From: Gemmatimonadota bacterium
GTDB taxonomy: Bacteria; Gemmatimonadota; Gemmatimonadetes; Gemmatimonadales; Gemmatimonadaceae
DNA: 64,000 bases
Assembly (NCBI GenBank): GCA_040389905.1
Contig: JAZJZK010000022.1
Location: forward strand, 1 to 64,000
Reading direction: 5' to 3'
Part shown: piece by piece, positions 20,388-32,935 of the stretch
Layout: each line of letters opens with the position of its first letter
How positions within the stretch are numbered: position 1 is the stretch's first letter
Program-made: the position numbers and the translations under genes
Notes under the pieces: model-generated
What the model was told of the DNA's origin: nothing
What the model saw: the letters and a program-made list of their open reading frames with translations, nothing else
The model's database searches: none

Positions 20388-21502
20388 GACCGACTCGCGG
20401 CGGAGGCCGTCGCGATCCGCCTGAGATGCTGCTCCGTTTCGTTCGCCGCGCGCTCCCAGGTGAACGTCTCCGAGAACGCGCGCGCCTGAAGCCCAAGGCG
20501 TTCGACGAGCCCGGGGTCGCGGCAGAGCTGCATCATTGCCGCCGCCATTGCCTTCACTTCGCCATGCGGTACGAGGAACCCGCTTTCACCATCACGAACC
20601 GACTCCCTGATACCTGGTGAGTTGGAAGCGACCACCGGCGTGCCACATGCCGCCGCTTCGAGATTCGTGATGCCCCACCCCTCTTTTGGCGAGGCGAACA
20701 CGAGGGCCCATGACCTGCGAAGCAATGCGAGCTTTTCACTCTCGTCGATACGCCCAAGAAACCGCACGCGCTCGCCGAGGTCAAGCGAATCGGCGAGACG
20801 TTGCAGGCCCGGCAGGTAGTCGCCGGCGCCGGCGATGTCGAGTCTCGCCGATTGGTGATTCAACTCGGCAAAGGCGCGAATGACGAGGTGGACGCCCTTG
20901 TACTTCTTCAAGCGACCGAGATAGGAGAAGACGGGCGACGCAGCTCGCGTCCCCGGTAGCGGCGTGTAGCCAACCGTGTCGACCCCTGGGTAAATCACTT
21001 CGACGCTCTGTCGAGGAATACCGCGCTCCGCGAGATCGTCAGCGGTGCTCATGCTGATCGCTTCGAACGGAATGCCGCGGTACGCGCGTCCGAGCGGACG
21101 TTCGGCGAGCCAGACAGCGGCGGCGAGCGGCGCGGCCAGTTCCTGAAACGCAGTGCCACCGAACAAATGCGGAACCAGCGCCATCACGGGCGGTCCACCC
21201 CATCGTGGCGTGTACAGCGGCACCTTGTTCACGTCCTCGACCAGCACGTCGAATGCCTGCGACGCGAGTTCCCGTTGGAAGAACCTGCGCGCGAGAAAGG
21301 GAAACGTGTGCCGAGTGCCAACGCGCGTGACGTCGATGCCGTCGAGCGTCGCGCGCGGCTCGCAACCTGGCCAGCCACCACACAGCAGCGTGATCTCGTG
21401 GCCGCTGTGCGCCAACCGGCCAAAGATCTCGTGCAGATGGATCTCGGCACCGCCGGCCTGCGGGTTGTCCCGATCCTGCCAGTTGACCAGGAGCAGGCGC
21501 AC
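20384..21502 (-). CDS. Glycosyltransferase family 4
   Basis: GGAE, GRLKKYKG, EGWGITNLEAAACG. Confidence 0.88.
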   Translation of the reverse strand: MRLLLVNWQDRDNPQAGGAEIHLHEIFGRLAHSGHEITLLCGGWPGCEPRATLDGIDVTRVGTRHTFPFLARRFFQRELASQAFDVLVEDVNKVPLYTPRWGGPPVMALVPHLFGGTAFQELAAPLAAAVWLAERPLGRAYRGIPFEAISMSTADDLAERGIPRQSVEVIYPGVDTVGYTPLPGTRAASPVFSYLGRLKKYKGVHLVIRAFAELNHQSARLDIAGAGDYLPGLQRLADSLDLGERVRFLGRIDESEKLALLRRSWALVFASPKEGWGITNLEAAACGTPVVASNSPGIRESVRDGESGFLVPHGEVKAMAAAMMQLCRDPGLVERLGLQARAFSETFTWERAANETEQHLRRIATASAASRS

Positions 21503-21924
21503 TACATACGCCCCATTCGCCGCGCGAGCGCATCCAGGACCCCGTTCACGAATTTCGCGCTCGCAGCGCTGCCATATCGTTCGGCAAGCGTGACCGACTC
21601 CTGGATGATCACCTTCGGAGGGGTCACGCCGATCGTCAGTTCGGCCGCGGCGAGGCGAAGCACACAGCGCTCGATCGCACCGATGCGTTCCAGGCGCCAA
21701 TTGGTCGTGACCTCCGCGAGCTGGGCATCCAGCTCACGCCCCTTGCTCGCGACGATGCGGACGATCGGTCCGGCCACCTGTCGCTCCTCTGGGGTGATGG
21801 ACATGTCGTCCCAGACCTGACCCGCGATGCGATCGAGCGCGACCAAGCCGCCACGCATGTCCCACGCATATAACGCCTGCAGCGCACGCGCGCGCGCGCG
21901 CGTTTCAACCCTCGTCCGTGCCAT
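21502..21924 (-). CDS. nusB: Transcription antitermination factor NusB
   Basis: RARARALQALY, WRLERI, FVNGVLD; follows ribH. Confidence 0.9.
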   Translation of the reverse strand: MARTRVETRARARALQALYAWDMRGGLVALDRIAGQVWDDMSITPEERQVAGPIVRIVASKGRELDAQLAEVTTNWRLERIGAIERCVLRLAAAELTIGVTPPKVIIQESVTLAERYGSAASAKFVNGVLDALARRMGRM

Positions 21925-22384
21925 CGAGCCTTTCGAAGAGATCCGACATTTCGAGCGCCGCGATCGCGGCGTCCCACCCTTTGTTCCCGTGCTCACCACC
22001 AGCACGCGCCTCGGCCTGCGCCATGTCGTCCGTCGTCAACAACCCGAAGCCAATCGGGATTTCGTACTCCGTGCTTGCATCGGCAAGTCCGCGCGACGCC
22101 TCGCCGGCGACGAAATCGAAATGCGGCGTGTCGCCGCGAATGACCGCGCCGACCACCACGATTGCATTATACCGCTCCGTTGCCGCGAGGCGACGCGCCG
22201 CGAAGGGAAGTTCCCACGCGCCGGGCACCCAGATGAGATCTACGTCCTCGGGTGCGGCACCGTGGCGAACGAGCGCTTCCATCGCACCGTCAGCCAGTTT
22301 CGTCGTGATCTGGTTGTTGAAGCGCGACGCGAGCACCGCGTATCGCCGACCCTCGCCATTCGGAACGCCGTTGAATTCTGCCAT
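21905..22384 (-). CDS. ribH: Lumazine synthase
   Basis: SRFN, VPGAWELP, IRGDTPHF, GNKG. Confidence 0.95.
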   Translation of the reverse strand: MAEFNGVPNGEGRRYAVLASRFNNQITTKLADGAMEALVRHGAAPEDVDLIWVPGAWELPFAARRLAATERYNAIVVVGAVIRGDTPHFDFVAGEASRGLADASTEYEIPIGFGLLTTDDMAQAEARAGGEHGNKGWDAAIAALEMSDLFERLDGTDEG

Positions 22385-22390
22385 GAGTCT

Positions 22391-23596
22391 CTATGAGGCG
22401 AGCAGGTGGCCCATCTTGTCGCGCTTGGTGCCCATGTAACCCGCATTCTCTTCATTTTCCGGCTGCACGATGGCCACGCGTTCATCGACGCGCAGGCCGT
22501 AGCCTTCCAGGCCAACCATTTTACGCGGGTTATTCGTGATCGGCCGAATCGACCGCAACCCGAGGTCGAGCAAAATCTGCGCACCGATACCGTAGTTTCG
22601 GAGGTCGGGAGCGAAGCCGAGCCGCTCGTTCGCCTCCACGGTGTCCGCACCGGCATCCTGGAGCTCGTACGCCTTCAACTTGTTGAGCAAGCCGATGCCT
22701 CGGCCTTCCTGGTCGAGATAGACGATCACACCGCGCCCTTCTGCCTGGATCATTCGCATTGCCGTCTCGAGCTGCCAACCACAATCGCAGCGCATCGAAT
22801 GAAACACGTCGCCCGTCAGGCACTTCGAGTGCATTCGCACGAGCGTCCGCTCTCCGTCGCCGAGATCCCCATACGTGATCGCGACATGCTCGCGGTCGTC
22901 GACGTCGTTCTTGTAACCGACGACGCGCCAGGTGCCGAAATTCGTCGGCAGCCGTGCTTCGGCGACGCGATGGACGAGGCGCTCGTTCTTCAACCGGTGC
23001 GCCACCAGTTGCGCAACGGTAATGAACGTGAGCCCATGTTCCGCCGCGAACGCCTCGAGTTGCGGGCGTTTTGCCGTGGATCCGTCCTCGTTGAGAATCT
23101 CGCAAATCACGCCTGCCGGGTACACACCGGCGAGCCGCGCGAGATCGACCGCGGCTTCGGTGTGCCCAACGCGCTGCAACACGCCGCCCTCGCGCGCGCG
23201 CAACGGGAACACATGTCCTCCACGACGAAGATCGCCCGCAACCGTGGCGCCATCGACCAGCGTACGAACGGTCGTCGCGCGGTCCTGCGCGCTGATGCCT
23301 GTGCTGACGCCGAAGCGTGGCGAGGCATCCACGCTGACGGTGTACGCGGTGCGGTACTCGTCGAGATTGCTCTCCGCCATTGGTGTGAGGTCGAGCTGGT
23401 CCACGCGTTCGCCCGTTAGAGCGACGCAGATGAGGCCACCGGCACGTTTGATCATGAAGTTGATCGATTCGGCGGTCACGAGACCTGCGGCGCAAATCAG
23501 ATCGCCCTCGTTTTCCCGATCTTCGTCGTCGGCGACGATGATGAGCTTCCCCTTCGCGATGTCCGCGATGGCCTGCTCGACTGTGTTGAATGGCAT
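22391..23596 (-). CDS. ribBA: DHBP synthase / GTP cyclohydrolase II
   Basis: DDEDRENEGD, GHTEA, RMHSKCLTGD..RCDCG. Confidence 0.95.
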   Translation of the reverse strand: MPFNTVEQAIADIAKGKLIIVADDEDRENEGDLICAAGLVTAESINFMIKRAGGLICVALTGERVDQLDLTPMAESNLDEYRTAYTVSVDASPRFGVSTGISAQDRATTVRTLVDGATVAGDLRRGGHVFPLRAREGGVLQRVGHTEAAVDLARLAGVYPAGVICEILNEDGSTAKRPQLEAFAAEHGLTFITVAQLVAHRLKNERLVHRVAEARLPTNFGTWRVVGYKNDVDDREHVAITYGDLGDGERTLVRMHSKCLTGDVFHSMRCDCGWQLETAMRMIQAEGRGVIVYLDQEGRGIGLLNKLKAYELQDAGADTVEANERLGFAPDLRNYGIGAQILLDLGLRSIRPITNNPRKMVGLEGYGLRVDERVAIVQPENEENAGYMGTKRDKMGHLLAS

Positions 23597-23600
23597 GATT

Positions 23601-24200
23601 CTATGGATTCACGAGATATGGTGCGACGAGTTGCCGCACGTATTTGCCGAGCATGTCCGCTTCAACATGCACCCGGTCGCCGACCGCGAGCGTGCCGAGC
23701 GTCGTATGCGACGCGGTGAACTCGATCAGCGATAGTTGAAGAATCCCTGGGGCGGGCAGCGCGTTCACGGTGAGGCTCACGCCGTCGATCGTCACCGAGC
23801 CATGCAGCACCATGAGAGGCACGAGCTCGTTGGGCAACTTCACATCGACGAGCAGGGCATCCGCGAGACGCTCCACCCGGACAACCACGGCGACGTCATC
23901 GACATGACCCTGCACCAGATGCCCCCCAAGACGATCGCCGAGGCGCATCGCGCGCTCGAGGTTGACGCGTCGTCCTTCGGCCCACTCCCCGATCGTGGTA
24001 CGACCGAGCGTGGTGACAACGGCGGCAACGTCGAACCAACCCGCTCCCGACGCACGAACCGTCAGGCACGCACCGTTCAGCGCGACACTCTCGCCGTCGA
24101 CGAGGGAATCGTAGGCGGAGCGAATGCGGAGTTCGCGCCCCGCTTCCGATTGTACGACCCGCTCGACGACGCCAACGTCGTCTACCAATCCGGTGAACAA
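23601..24200 (-). CDS. ribE: Riboflavin synthase alpha chain
   Basis: MFTGLV, NGACLTV, VNLERA, GGHLVQGHVD. Confidence 0.95.
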   Translation of the reverse strand: MFTGLVDDVGVVERVVQSEAGRELRIRSAYDSLVDGESVALNGACLTVRASGAGWFDVAAVVTTLGRTTIGEWAEGRRVNLERAMRLGDRLGGHLVQGHVDDVAVVVRVERLADALLVDVKLPNELVPLMVLHGSVTIDGVSLTVNALPAPGILQLSLIEFTASHTTLGTLAVGDRVHVEADMLGKYVRQLVAPYLVNP

Positions 24201-24221
24201 TTCAAATAGCTCCCGCTCCCG

Positions 24222-25319
24222 TCAGCCGGGCAGCGCATAGACAGACATTTCATCATCGCCGAGGCGTTGCGCGCGCACCAGTCGCCACCGCGGCGCGCCG
24301 GCGATCGACGCCTGTGGCGCACTCGCGAACGCGTTCAGCGCTCCCGCCCCGAGAATCAGTGGTGCCCTGAAGATAATCAGGCGGTCGACCAGCGAGTCCT
24401 GAAGGAGCGTTCCTGCCAACGCGGCCCCTCCCTCGACGAGCAGGGCGTTGATCTCCAGTGAGCGAAGCGCCACGAGCGCGTCGCGAGTGGTTGCGGCATG
24501 AACCACGGTGACGCCGGCGTGCTCCAGCGCCGCCGCATGTGCCGGATCCGGCGCCCAACACACGACGATCGTACGCACGTCGCGCGCGCTCTTCACGAGC
24601 CGCGAGGTCAGCGGAAGGCGCGCCGAGGTATCGAAGACGACTCGCGCGGGCGCACTCCGCGGTGGCGGCTCCTGATCGCGAACCGTGAGGAGCGGATCGT
24701 CCGCGAGTGCGGTACCGATACCGACCGCCACAGCATCTGATCCGGCGCGCAACCGGTGCACGGCTTTCCGCGCCTCCGGGCCAGTCAGCCACCCGGGCTT
24801 CCCCGTCGAGTCCGCGAGCGCCCCGTCGAGCGAAAGTGCCACCTTGAGTTGCACGAACGCCCTGTCGGACGAAAGCGCATGGAAGAACGCCGCATTCAGC
24901 TCGCGCGCCGCTTCGGCCTCACACCCGAGTTCCACCTCGACCCCGCACTCGCGCAATCGATTCGCACCACCACCCGCGACGGTACTCGGGTCAGCCGTTG
25001 CCGCAACCACTCGCGCGATACCCGCCGCGAGGATCGCTTCAGTGCACGGTCCTGTCTGTCCATGATGATTACAGGGCTCGAGCGTAACGTACATCGTGGC
25101 GCCCCGCGCTCGCTCACCGGCAGCACGAAGCGCCTCGACCTCCGCGTGCGCCTCGCCATAGCGTGCATGCCAACCCTCGCCGACGACTTCGCCGTCGCGT
25201 ACGACAACGGCGCCGACCATTGGGTTCGGCGCCGTTTGTCCCCATCCGCGTTCCGCGAGCGCGAGCGCGCGACGCATGAACTCGCCATCCGGCGATGCGA
25301 CGCGCGCTCCCCCGCTCAT
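24222..25319 (-). CDS. ribD: Riboflavin deaminase/reductase RibD
   Basis: PNPMVG, HAE, EPCNHHGQTGPC, LVEGG. Confidence 0.95.
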   Translation of the reverse strand: MSGGARVASPDGEFMRRALALAERGWGQTAPNPMVGAVVVRDGEVVGEGWHARYGEAHAEVEALRAAGERARGATMYVTLEPCNHHGQTGPCTEAILAAGIARVVAATADPSTVAGGGANRLRECGVEVELGCEAEAARELNAAFFHALSSDRAFVQLKVALSLDGALADSTGKPGWLTGPEARKAVHRLRAGSDAVAVGIGTALADDPLLTVRDQEPPPRSAPARVVFDTSARLPLTSRLVKSARDVRTIVVCWAPDPAHAAALEHAGVTVVHAATTRDALVALRSLEINALLVEGGAALAGTLLQDSLVDRLIIFRAPLILGAGALNAFASAPQASIAGAPRWRLVRAQRLGDDEMSVYALPG

Positions 25320-25323
25320 GCGA

Positions 25324-26331
25324 TCACAATCCGAGGCGCAGGCCGAGTGAGAAATACGAGAGCGTACGATCGGCGCGGCCGCCGACGAAGCTGTTGTACG
25401 TATTGATCGCATCGCCACCGCTGGACTGACCGACTTCGCCAACGAGCTTGAACAGCGGAAGATTGAGCGAGACATCCGCGAAGTAGTTGGTGCGCGTGCG
25501 CGACTGCGACGTGCCCGGAATGGTGGAGGTGCCCGACGTCACGCCGGGAATGCCGACGATGTTATTCACCGTGGCCGAGATGTTCGCCGACTGATCGTAT
25601 GTGTCCTGGCCACCGCCGACAACGACACCGAACAGCAGCAGGCTCTTGCTCGCCACGACACGCCAGGCGGTCGTCTTCACGTCGAGGTTGCTGATCGTGA
25701 ACGCGTTGCTGCCCGAGGTCGCGGTGATGGATGTCGTCGGCAGATCGCGCTTCAAGTACGTGACGGCGACGCCAGGCACGACGATCGATTCTTGAAGGAT
25801 GCCGACTTTCGCACCATACCCGATCTGCAGGTTCTGGCTTGGCGTGAGCGTGACGGTGTTCGACGTGAACGTCGGCACATACGCAGCGCTCACCAGCAGA
25901 TCGACGGCGAACACATTAGTGACACCGAGCGGAACTCCGCCGAGGATCCCGATCGCGGCATCTGCCGTGGGCAGTGGCAGGAGTTGATCCTTCGTTTGCA
26001 GGTTGCCGCGCTGCGCTCCCGCGGTGCTCTGCGTGTACTTGTCAACTTCGGGATAGGCGCCCTGCGCCGCATTTGCGCGCAGGCCAATGGAGAAGTGGCC
26101 CAGCCCTCCGAGAGTGGAGCCCTGACCCAGTGTGGCATTGCCACCGGCAAGGATGACGCCGAGTTGCGGTGCAAGGAATTGGTAGATGTCATAGGCCTGC
26201 TGGCAGGCATCCTGCGCAACGCGCTCGCTCTGTGTTCCACTCGGACACGCGGGCGACGTGAGGCCTTGCGCGCCGGCGTTTGCGAGCGCGAACACCGAAA
26301 ATCCCATTGCGACGAGAACCTGTTTCTTCAT
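25324..26331 (-). CDS. Hypothetical exported, probable outer-membrane beta-barrel protein
   Basis: Signal peptide, amphipathic beta strands, C-terminal SLGLRLGL. Confidence 0.65.
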   Translation of the reverse strand: MKKQVLVAMGFSVFALANAGAQGLTSPACPSGTQSERVAQDACQQAYDIYQFLAPQLGVILAGGNATLGQGSTLGGLGHFSIGLRANAAQGAYPEVDKYTQSTAGAQRGNLQTKDQLLPLPTADAAIGILGGVPLGVTNVFAVDLLVSAAYVPTFTSNTVTLTPSQNLQIGYGAKVGILQESIVVPGVAVTYLKRDLPTTSITATSGSNAFTISNLDVKTTAWRVVASKSLLLFGVVVGGGQDTYDQSANISATVNNIVGIPGVTSGTSTIPGTSQSRTRTNYFADVSLNLPLFKLVGEVGQSSGGDAINTYNSFVGGRADRTLSYFSLGLRLGL

Positions 26332-27371
26332 GCGTGCTCCTCTGAAATGCGCACCTGCCCGGTCCCGCGCACCACGCGCCCGATCCGGAAGGATGCAATG
26401 TGACCCGACGCCGCGCTCGCTTCGATTGACGGGGCGCTCGCGTCGTCGGCGATGACGACCATACCTACACCCATGTTGAACGTTCGATACATCTCCGGCC
26501 TCGTGACATCTCCACCCCGCTCGAGCTGTTGAAAGAGATTCGGAATGTCCCAGCTTCCTGCCTGGATGTGCGCGTCAAGAGTATCCGGGAGTGTTCGGCT
26601 CACGTTCCCCGGCAGGCCACCACCCGTAATGTGCGCCATGCCGTGGATTCGCGCCAATACCGGTCGCAGTGCCGCCAGGTAGGAACGGTGGACCCGCAGA
26701 AGCACATCCGCGACGGATGCATTCTCGTCCGGAAAAGGATCTCCCGCTTCGAGTTGCATGCGCTCCCGCACGATCATGCGCGCGAGGGAGTAGCCATTGG
26801 TGTGCAGACCATTGCTCGCGAGTCCGATCAATACGTCGCCCTCCTCGACGCGGTCGGCGCCGAGAATACCGTCTTCCTCGACACAACCGACGATGAAGCC
26901 CGCCAGATCGTAGTCGGGCGGCGTATAGATCCCCGGCATTTCCGCCGTTTCACCGCCGACCAGCGAGCAGCCATTCTCGCGGCATCCCGCCGCAATGCCC
27001 GTGACCACGGACTCGACCACGTCAGGCACCAGGCGCCCCGCCGCGAAGTAGTCGAGGAAGAACAGCGGCACCGCACCCTGTACGAGAATGTCGTTGACAC
27101 AATGATTGACGAGATCATGCCCGACCGTGTCGTGGCGTCCCGCCTCAATCGCGACACGAAGTTTCGTCCCGACGCCATCCGCGCTCGCGACCAGCACGGG
27201 TCGCCGCGCCTCGGCAGGGATGCGAAACATGCCGCCGAAGCCACCGAACGCGCCTCGCGCGCCTGCCGTGAAGGTGGATTCCACCACATCACGGATGCGA
27301 CGCTTGACGGCGTCGGACCGGTCGATGTCCACACCGGACGACGCGTAGTCCAGCCCCCGCTCGTCGCTCAC
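26328..27371 (-). CDS. purM: AIR synthetase
   Basis: YASSGVD, DGVGTK, GGETAEMPG, HITGGG, TFNMGVG. Confidence 0.96.
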   Translation of the reverse strand: MSDERGLDYASSGVDIDRSDAVKRRIRDVVESTFTAGARGAFGGFGGMFRIPAEARRPVLVASADGVGTKLRVAIEAGRHDTVGHDLVNHCVNDILVQGAVPLFFLDYFAAGRLVPDVVESVVTGIAAGCRENGCSLVGGETAEMPGIYTPPDYDLAGFIVGCVEEDGILGADRVEEGDVLIGLASNGLHTNGYSLARMIVRERMQLEAGDPFPDENASVADVLLRVHRSYLAALRPVLARIHGMAHITGGGLPGNVSRTLPDTLDAHIQAGSWDIPNLFQQLERGGDVTRPEMYRTFNMGVGMVVIADDASAPSIEASAASGHIASFRIGRVVRGTGQVRISEEHA

Positions 27372-28291
27372 GACGCCGGCTCCTCCTCATGCTCGAAGGC
27401 GACGAGTTGACGGAATTCCGCAACTCGCGCGACAATATCCGCCCGGCTGATCTCCAGGAGGCGCTGCACCGAGAACTTCTCGACGGCAAACGATCCCATT
27501 GCTGATCCGACGACGACCGCGCGCCGCAGGTTGGCGTCGCTCAGGTCACCCGTCTGCGCCAGGTAGCCCATGAAACCACCGGCGAACGAGTCACCGGCAC
27601 CCGTCGGATCGAACACTGCCTCCAGCGGATACGCTGGCGCGAAGAAAACGCTGCGCTCCTTGAACATGAACGCGCCGTGCTCGCCCTTCTTGATGATGAC
27701 GATCTTGGGGCCGCGCTCCATGATCCATTGCGCCGCCTTCACGAGATTGAAGCAGTCCGTCAGTTGTCGGGCCTCGGCATCATTCAGCGTGATGAGATCG
27801 ACGTGCTTGATCAATTCGACGATGTCCGCGCGCCGGCTCTCGATCCAGAAATTCATCGTATCACAGGCGACCAGCTTCGGGCGCTCGACCTGCTTCAGCA
27901 CGTCGAGTTGCAACCGCGGATCGATGTTCGCGAGGAAAACGAACGGCGCGTTCTTGAACTGGGGCGGAATCTTGGGGCTGAAATGCGAGAACACGCCAAG
28001 GCGCGTCTCGAGCGTTTCGGCGGAATTCAGGTCGTGGCGATACCGACCGCGCCAACGGAACGACTCGCCGCTCACCTGCTCCAGCCCCGCCATGTCGACA
28101 CCGCGCGCCTTCAGCGGCTCGAGCTGGTCCAGCGGATAGTCATCCCCGACGACACCGACGAGTTGCACGGGAGACAACAAGCTTGCCGATGCCGAGAAAA
28201 ACGTCCCCGACCCGCCGATGACGTTGTCGGCCTTTCCAAAGGGCGTTTCTACTGAATCGAGCGCAACCGAGCCGACGACGAGGACAGTCAT
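27368..28291 (-). CDS. PfkB-family carbohydrate/nucleoside kinase
   Basis: GSVALD, GGSG, DPTGAGDSFAGG. Confidence 0.9.
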   Translation of the reverse strand: MTVLVVGSVALDSVETPFGKADNVIGGSGTFFSASASLLSPVQLVGVVGDDYPLDQLEPLKARGVDMAGLEQVSGESFRWRGRYRHDLNSAETLETRLGVFSHFSPKIPPQFKNAPFVFLANIDPRLQLDVLKQVERPKLVACDTMNFWIESRRADIVELIKHVDLITLNDAEARQLTDCFNLVKAAQWIMERGPKIVIIKKGEHGAFMFKERSVFFAPAYPLEAVFDPTGAGDSFAGGFMGYLAQTGDLSDANLRRAVVVGSAMGSFAVEKFSVQRLLEISRADIVARVAEFRQLVAFEHEEEPAS

Positions 28292-28295
28292 TTTT

Positions 28296-28329
28296 CAGGA
28301 GACAGGGGACGGGGGTCAGGGGACAGGAC
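28296..28329. repeat. CAGGGGA-type heptamer tandem
   Basis: CAGGAGA CAGGGGA CGGGGGT CAGGGGA CAGGAC; 15 bp shared with 32762-32776. Confidence 0.6.
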
Positions 28330-28338
28330 GTACCGCAA

Positions 28339-29994
28339 TTACATCCGCTCTGGCGTGCTCACGCCGAGCAAGGTCAGGCCATTCCGCACGACGATCTGCG
28401 CAGCACGCGCCAACATCAGGCGCGCGCGCATCAGTTGCTCGGGTTCGTTCAGGACATGCGCCTTGTGGTACCACAGGTGAATCTGTCCCGCGAGATCGTG
28501 CAGATACGTGGCAATGCGATGCGGCTCGAGCGCGTCGGCGGCATTCGTCACCGTCGCGGGAAAATCGAGCAGCGCCTTCATCAACTGCGTTTCCTCCACG
28601 AGGCTCAGCTGCTCGAAGTCCACACCGTCGGCGGAAATGGACTGCGAATCGATGCCTCCCACGCGAAAGATACCAGCCAATCGCGCGTGGGCCATCTGGA
28701 TGTAATAAACGGGATTCTCCTCGCTCTGCGTCCGCGCCAGGTCGACGTCGAACGACAGCTGCGAGTCACCCTTCCGCATCAGGAAGAAGTAGCGCACGGC
28801 GTCGCGCCCGACGTCATCGATCAGGTCGCGCACGGTTACATAACTGCCAGCGCGTTTCGAGATCTTTACCTCCTCACCGGAGCGCAGCACCGTCACGAGC
28901 TGATGCAGCACGTACTCCGGATAGTCCGCAGGAATCCCGACGCCGAGCGCCTGGAGACCGGCGCGAACGCGCGTCACGGTACTATGGTGATCCGAGCCCT
29001 GCACGTTGATCGCCCGGGTAAAACCACGCTCCCACTTGGTGACGTGATACGCGACGTCGGGCAGGAAGTAGGTGTACGTCCCTCCCTTCGCGGCGCTTTT
29101 CCGCATCACCCGGTCCTGATCGTCGCCAAAATCCGTCGTGCGAAGCCAGAGCGCGCCGTCCTTTTCATAGGTATGGCCACTCGCGACAAGCGCCGCGATG
29201 GTCGCGTCGACTCGGCCGTCTTCGTAAAGGGATGACTCGAGATAGTACGTGTCGAAGGCCACGCCAAAGGCCTGAAGATCGACATCCTGTTCCTTGCGAA
29301 GCTCCTCTACGGCAAAGCGACGCAGCGCATCGAGGTCGTCACCGTTCGCGTCGGCCGGATTCAGCGCAACGTATCGCTCGGCGATTTCCGCGATGTAGGC
29401 ACCGTGGTATCCGCCCTCCGGGATCGCGAATGGCACTCCACCAAGCTCACGGACCCGCGCCTGCGCGCTCAGGGCGAGGTTCTCGATCTGCGTGCCGGCG
29501 TCGTTGTAGTAGAACTCCCTGGAAACGCGCCACCCCGTCCACTCGAGCAGCGAAGCGATTGCGTCCCCAAGTGCTGCCTGGCGGCCGTGGCCGACATGGA
29601 GCGGTCCTGTGGGATTCGCACTGACAAATTCGATGTTGACCGGTTTCCCCGCCCCATCATTCGACCGGCCGTACTGGGCGCCTGATGCCAACAGCGCCGT
29701 GATCCCATTGGCAATCGTACCGGCGTCGAGGCGGAAATTGATGAATCCCGGTCCGGCAATTTCTGCGGAGGCGAGGCCGGCGGCGCGAAAGTCGATCGCG
29801 CTGATCAACTCTTGCGCGAAATCGCGCGGCTTCTTGCCGAGTGACTTGGCGAGCACCATCGCAACGTTGGTCGCCCAGTCGCCAAACGCTGGGTCGCGCG
29901 GCCGCTCGAGCAGCGGTACAAACTCCGGCTGAGCCCCGAGCGAAACTGCGGCGCGTGACAATTCATTCCGGAGCACATCCGTGCCCGCGCTCAC
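28339..29994 (-). CDS. argS: Arginine-tRNA ligase
   Basis: [32 protein letters not shown]-terminal PERM. Confidence 0.96.
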   Translation of the reverse strand: MSAGTDVLRNELSRAAVSLGAQPEFVPLLERPRDPAFGDWATNVAMVLAKSLGKKPRDFAQELISAIDFRAAGLASAEIAGPGFINFRLDAGTIANGITALLASGAQYGRSNDGAGKPVNIEFVSANPTGPLHVGHGRQAALGDAIASLLEWTGWRVSREFYYNDAGTQIENLALSAQARVRELGGVPFAIPEGGYHGAYIAEIAERYVALNPADANGDDLDALRRFAVEELRKEQDVDLQAFGVAFDTYYLESSLYEDGRVDATIAALVASGHTYEKDGALWLRTTDFGDDQDRVMRKSAAKGGTYTYFLPDVAYHVTKWERGFTRAINVQGSDHHSTVTRVRAGLQALGVGIPADYPEYVLHQLVTVLRSGEEVKISKRAGSYVTVRDLIDDVGRDAVRYFFLMRKGDSQLSFDVDLARTQSEENPVYYIQMAHARLAGIFRVGGIDSQSISADGVDFEQLSLVEETQLMKALLDFPATVTNAADALEPHRIATYLHDLAGQIHLWYHKAHVLNEPEQLMRARLMLARAAQIVVRNGLTLLGVSTPERM

Positions 29995-30428
29995 TCGCCG
30001 GCGCTCGGCTTCGAAGGCGGAGCCGCCGGCTTGGCTTCCGCCTTGGGTTCGGCCTTTTTCTCGCTGCCGGCGGAAGCCTCGCTCTTGCTGGCCGCAGCAC
30101 CGCCGCCATCAGACGCGGGTGCACTCTTCGACGACTCGCCGCCCTCCTTGGCGCCGCTGTCTTTCGAGCCTCCGTCCTTGGGAGCGGCGTCCTTGCTGGC
30201 CGTCTCGCCGCCGGACGCCGACGGGGGCGCCTCGCCGCGGTGTGCGTTCTTGCCGTAGTCCGTCAGGTAGAAGCCCGATCCCTTGAAGGCAAATCCAGTT
30301 GCTGACATCATCCGTTCCGCCGCCTTCCCACAGGTGGGACAGGCGGCGGCAGACTCAGCCGTACCAATAGATCTGTAGAACTTCTCGAACTCGTGCCCCT
30401 CGGGGCAACGAAACTCGTAAGTTGGCAT
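29991..30428 (-). CDS. FmdB-family zinc ribbon protein
   Basis: [25 protein letters not shown], low-complexity tail. Confidence 0.88.
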   Translation of the reverse strand: MPTYEFRCPEGHEFEKFYRSIGTAESAAACPTCGKAAERMMSATGFAFKGSGFYLTDYGKNAHRGEAPPSASGGETASKDAAPKDGGSKDSGAKEGGESSKSAPASDGGGAAASKSEASAGSEKKAEPKAEAKPAAPPSKPSAGE

Positions 30429-30564
30429 CGATATGAGACTTAGGCTATTCCAGCGCGACTCAGAAGATTAGCCAGCGCGTCAGTCGGGAACAAGGTCACA
30501 AATGTGATGGACCGCGGGCGTTGCGGCCGTGGCCGTCAGCTCGAGCGAAGTCCACGCACTGGTG

Positions 30565-31095
30565 TCAATGCGTGAAGAACGACAACCCGGCAGAGAGGGA
30601 CAACTCGCTATGCGCGCCCGATCCGGAACTCGCGGTGGACGTGACCGTCGCTTCGAATCTGCTGGCGAGACGATTGGACATCGGAATCTTCGCGCCCAGT
30701 CCCGCTCCTACACGGAGATTCGTCGTCGAGTTGCTGGTGGACGAACTCGACACACTCGACGTGCCAAATCCGACAAAGGGCCGGACATACGTTCGCGACG
30801 CTGTCCGGTCGGCACTGAAATGGAATAGCGCCCCGACGTCGAGAATGAGGATCGTCGCACTGCTCGACCCCACTTTGGAGAGCTCGAGTGAGCCCGCTGG
30901 TTCGATTGACACCGAAGGTGAATTTTCGAACCCGATGCGGATCCTGGACGCGGGCAACGCGAATCCGGTCCGGTGCGGCGAATCGAGTGATGTGGACAGC
31001 GTCGCGTCCATTCCGAGTTCGACCGGGGCGCCCTGCTGCGCGAGTACAGGTGCGGAGAGGGCAACCAGCATCGCAGTTGTGGCCAGATAACGCAT
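30565..31095 (-). CDS. Small outer-membrane beta-barrel protein
   Basis: Signal peptide (VLA-Q), alternating beta pattern, ends AGLSFFTH. Confidence 0.65.
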   Translation of the reverse strand: MRYLATTAMLVALSAPVLAQQGAPVELGMDATLSTSLDSPHRTGFALPASRIRIGFENSPSVSIEPAGSLELSKVGSSSATILILDVGALFHFSADRTASRTYVRPFVGFGTSSVSSSSTSNSTTNLRVGAGLGAKIPMSNRLASRFEATVTSTASSGSGAHSELSLSAGLSFFTH

Positions 31096-31142
31096 GAGTC
31101 TCCCGGCGAAGGTTAGAAGTCCCGCGCGACGTGCGGATGTGC

Positions 31143-32735
<1,593 letters not shown>

Positions 32736-32749
32736 AGCCTGAAGTTATT

Positions 32750-32776
32750 CAGGGGACAGGCGTCAGGGGACAGGAC
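32750..32776. repeat. CAGGGGA-type heptamer tandem
   Basis: CAGGGGA CAGGCGT CAGGGGA CAGGAC. Confidence 0.6.
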
Positions 32777-32822
32777 CTGCACGTCTGTGACCGAAGGCCC
32801 GGCACGTGTGCCATTCCACGAT

Positions 32823-32912
32823 TGTCACCCCGAGTGAGCGAAGCGAATCGAGGGGTCTGCACCTCGTACACAGGCGGCAGGTGCAGATCCCTCGACTTCG
32901 CTCGGGATGACA
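32823..32912. repeat. REP-like inverted doublet (full copy)
   Basis: TGTCACCCCGAG...TCGAGGGGTCTGCACCT, spacer, AGGTGCAGATCCCTCGA...CTCGGGATGACA. Confidence 0.85.
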
Positions 32913-32935
32913 TGCAAGGCCATGCGCCGCAGCAG

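Noticed and set aside
30496..30507. TCACA-AA-TGTGA palindrome upstream of the FmdB gene
   Set aside because: Orientation and spacing do not match CRP/FNR or Rex boxes; too short to support alone.
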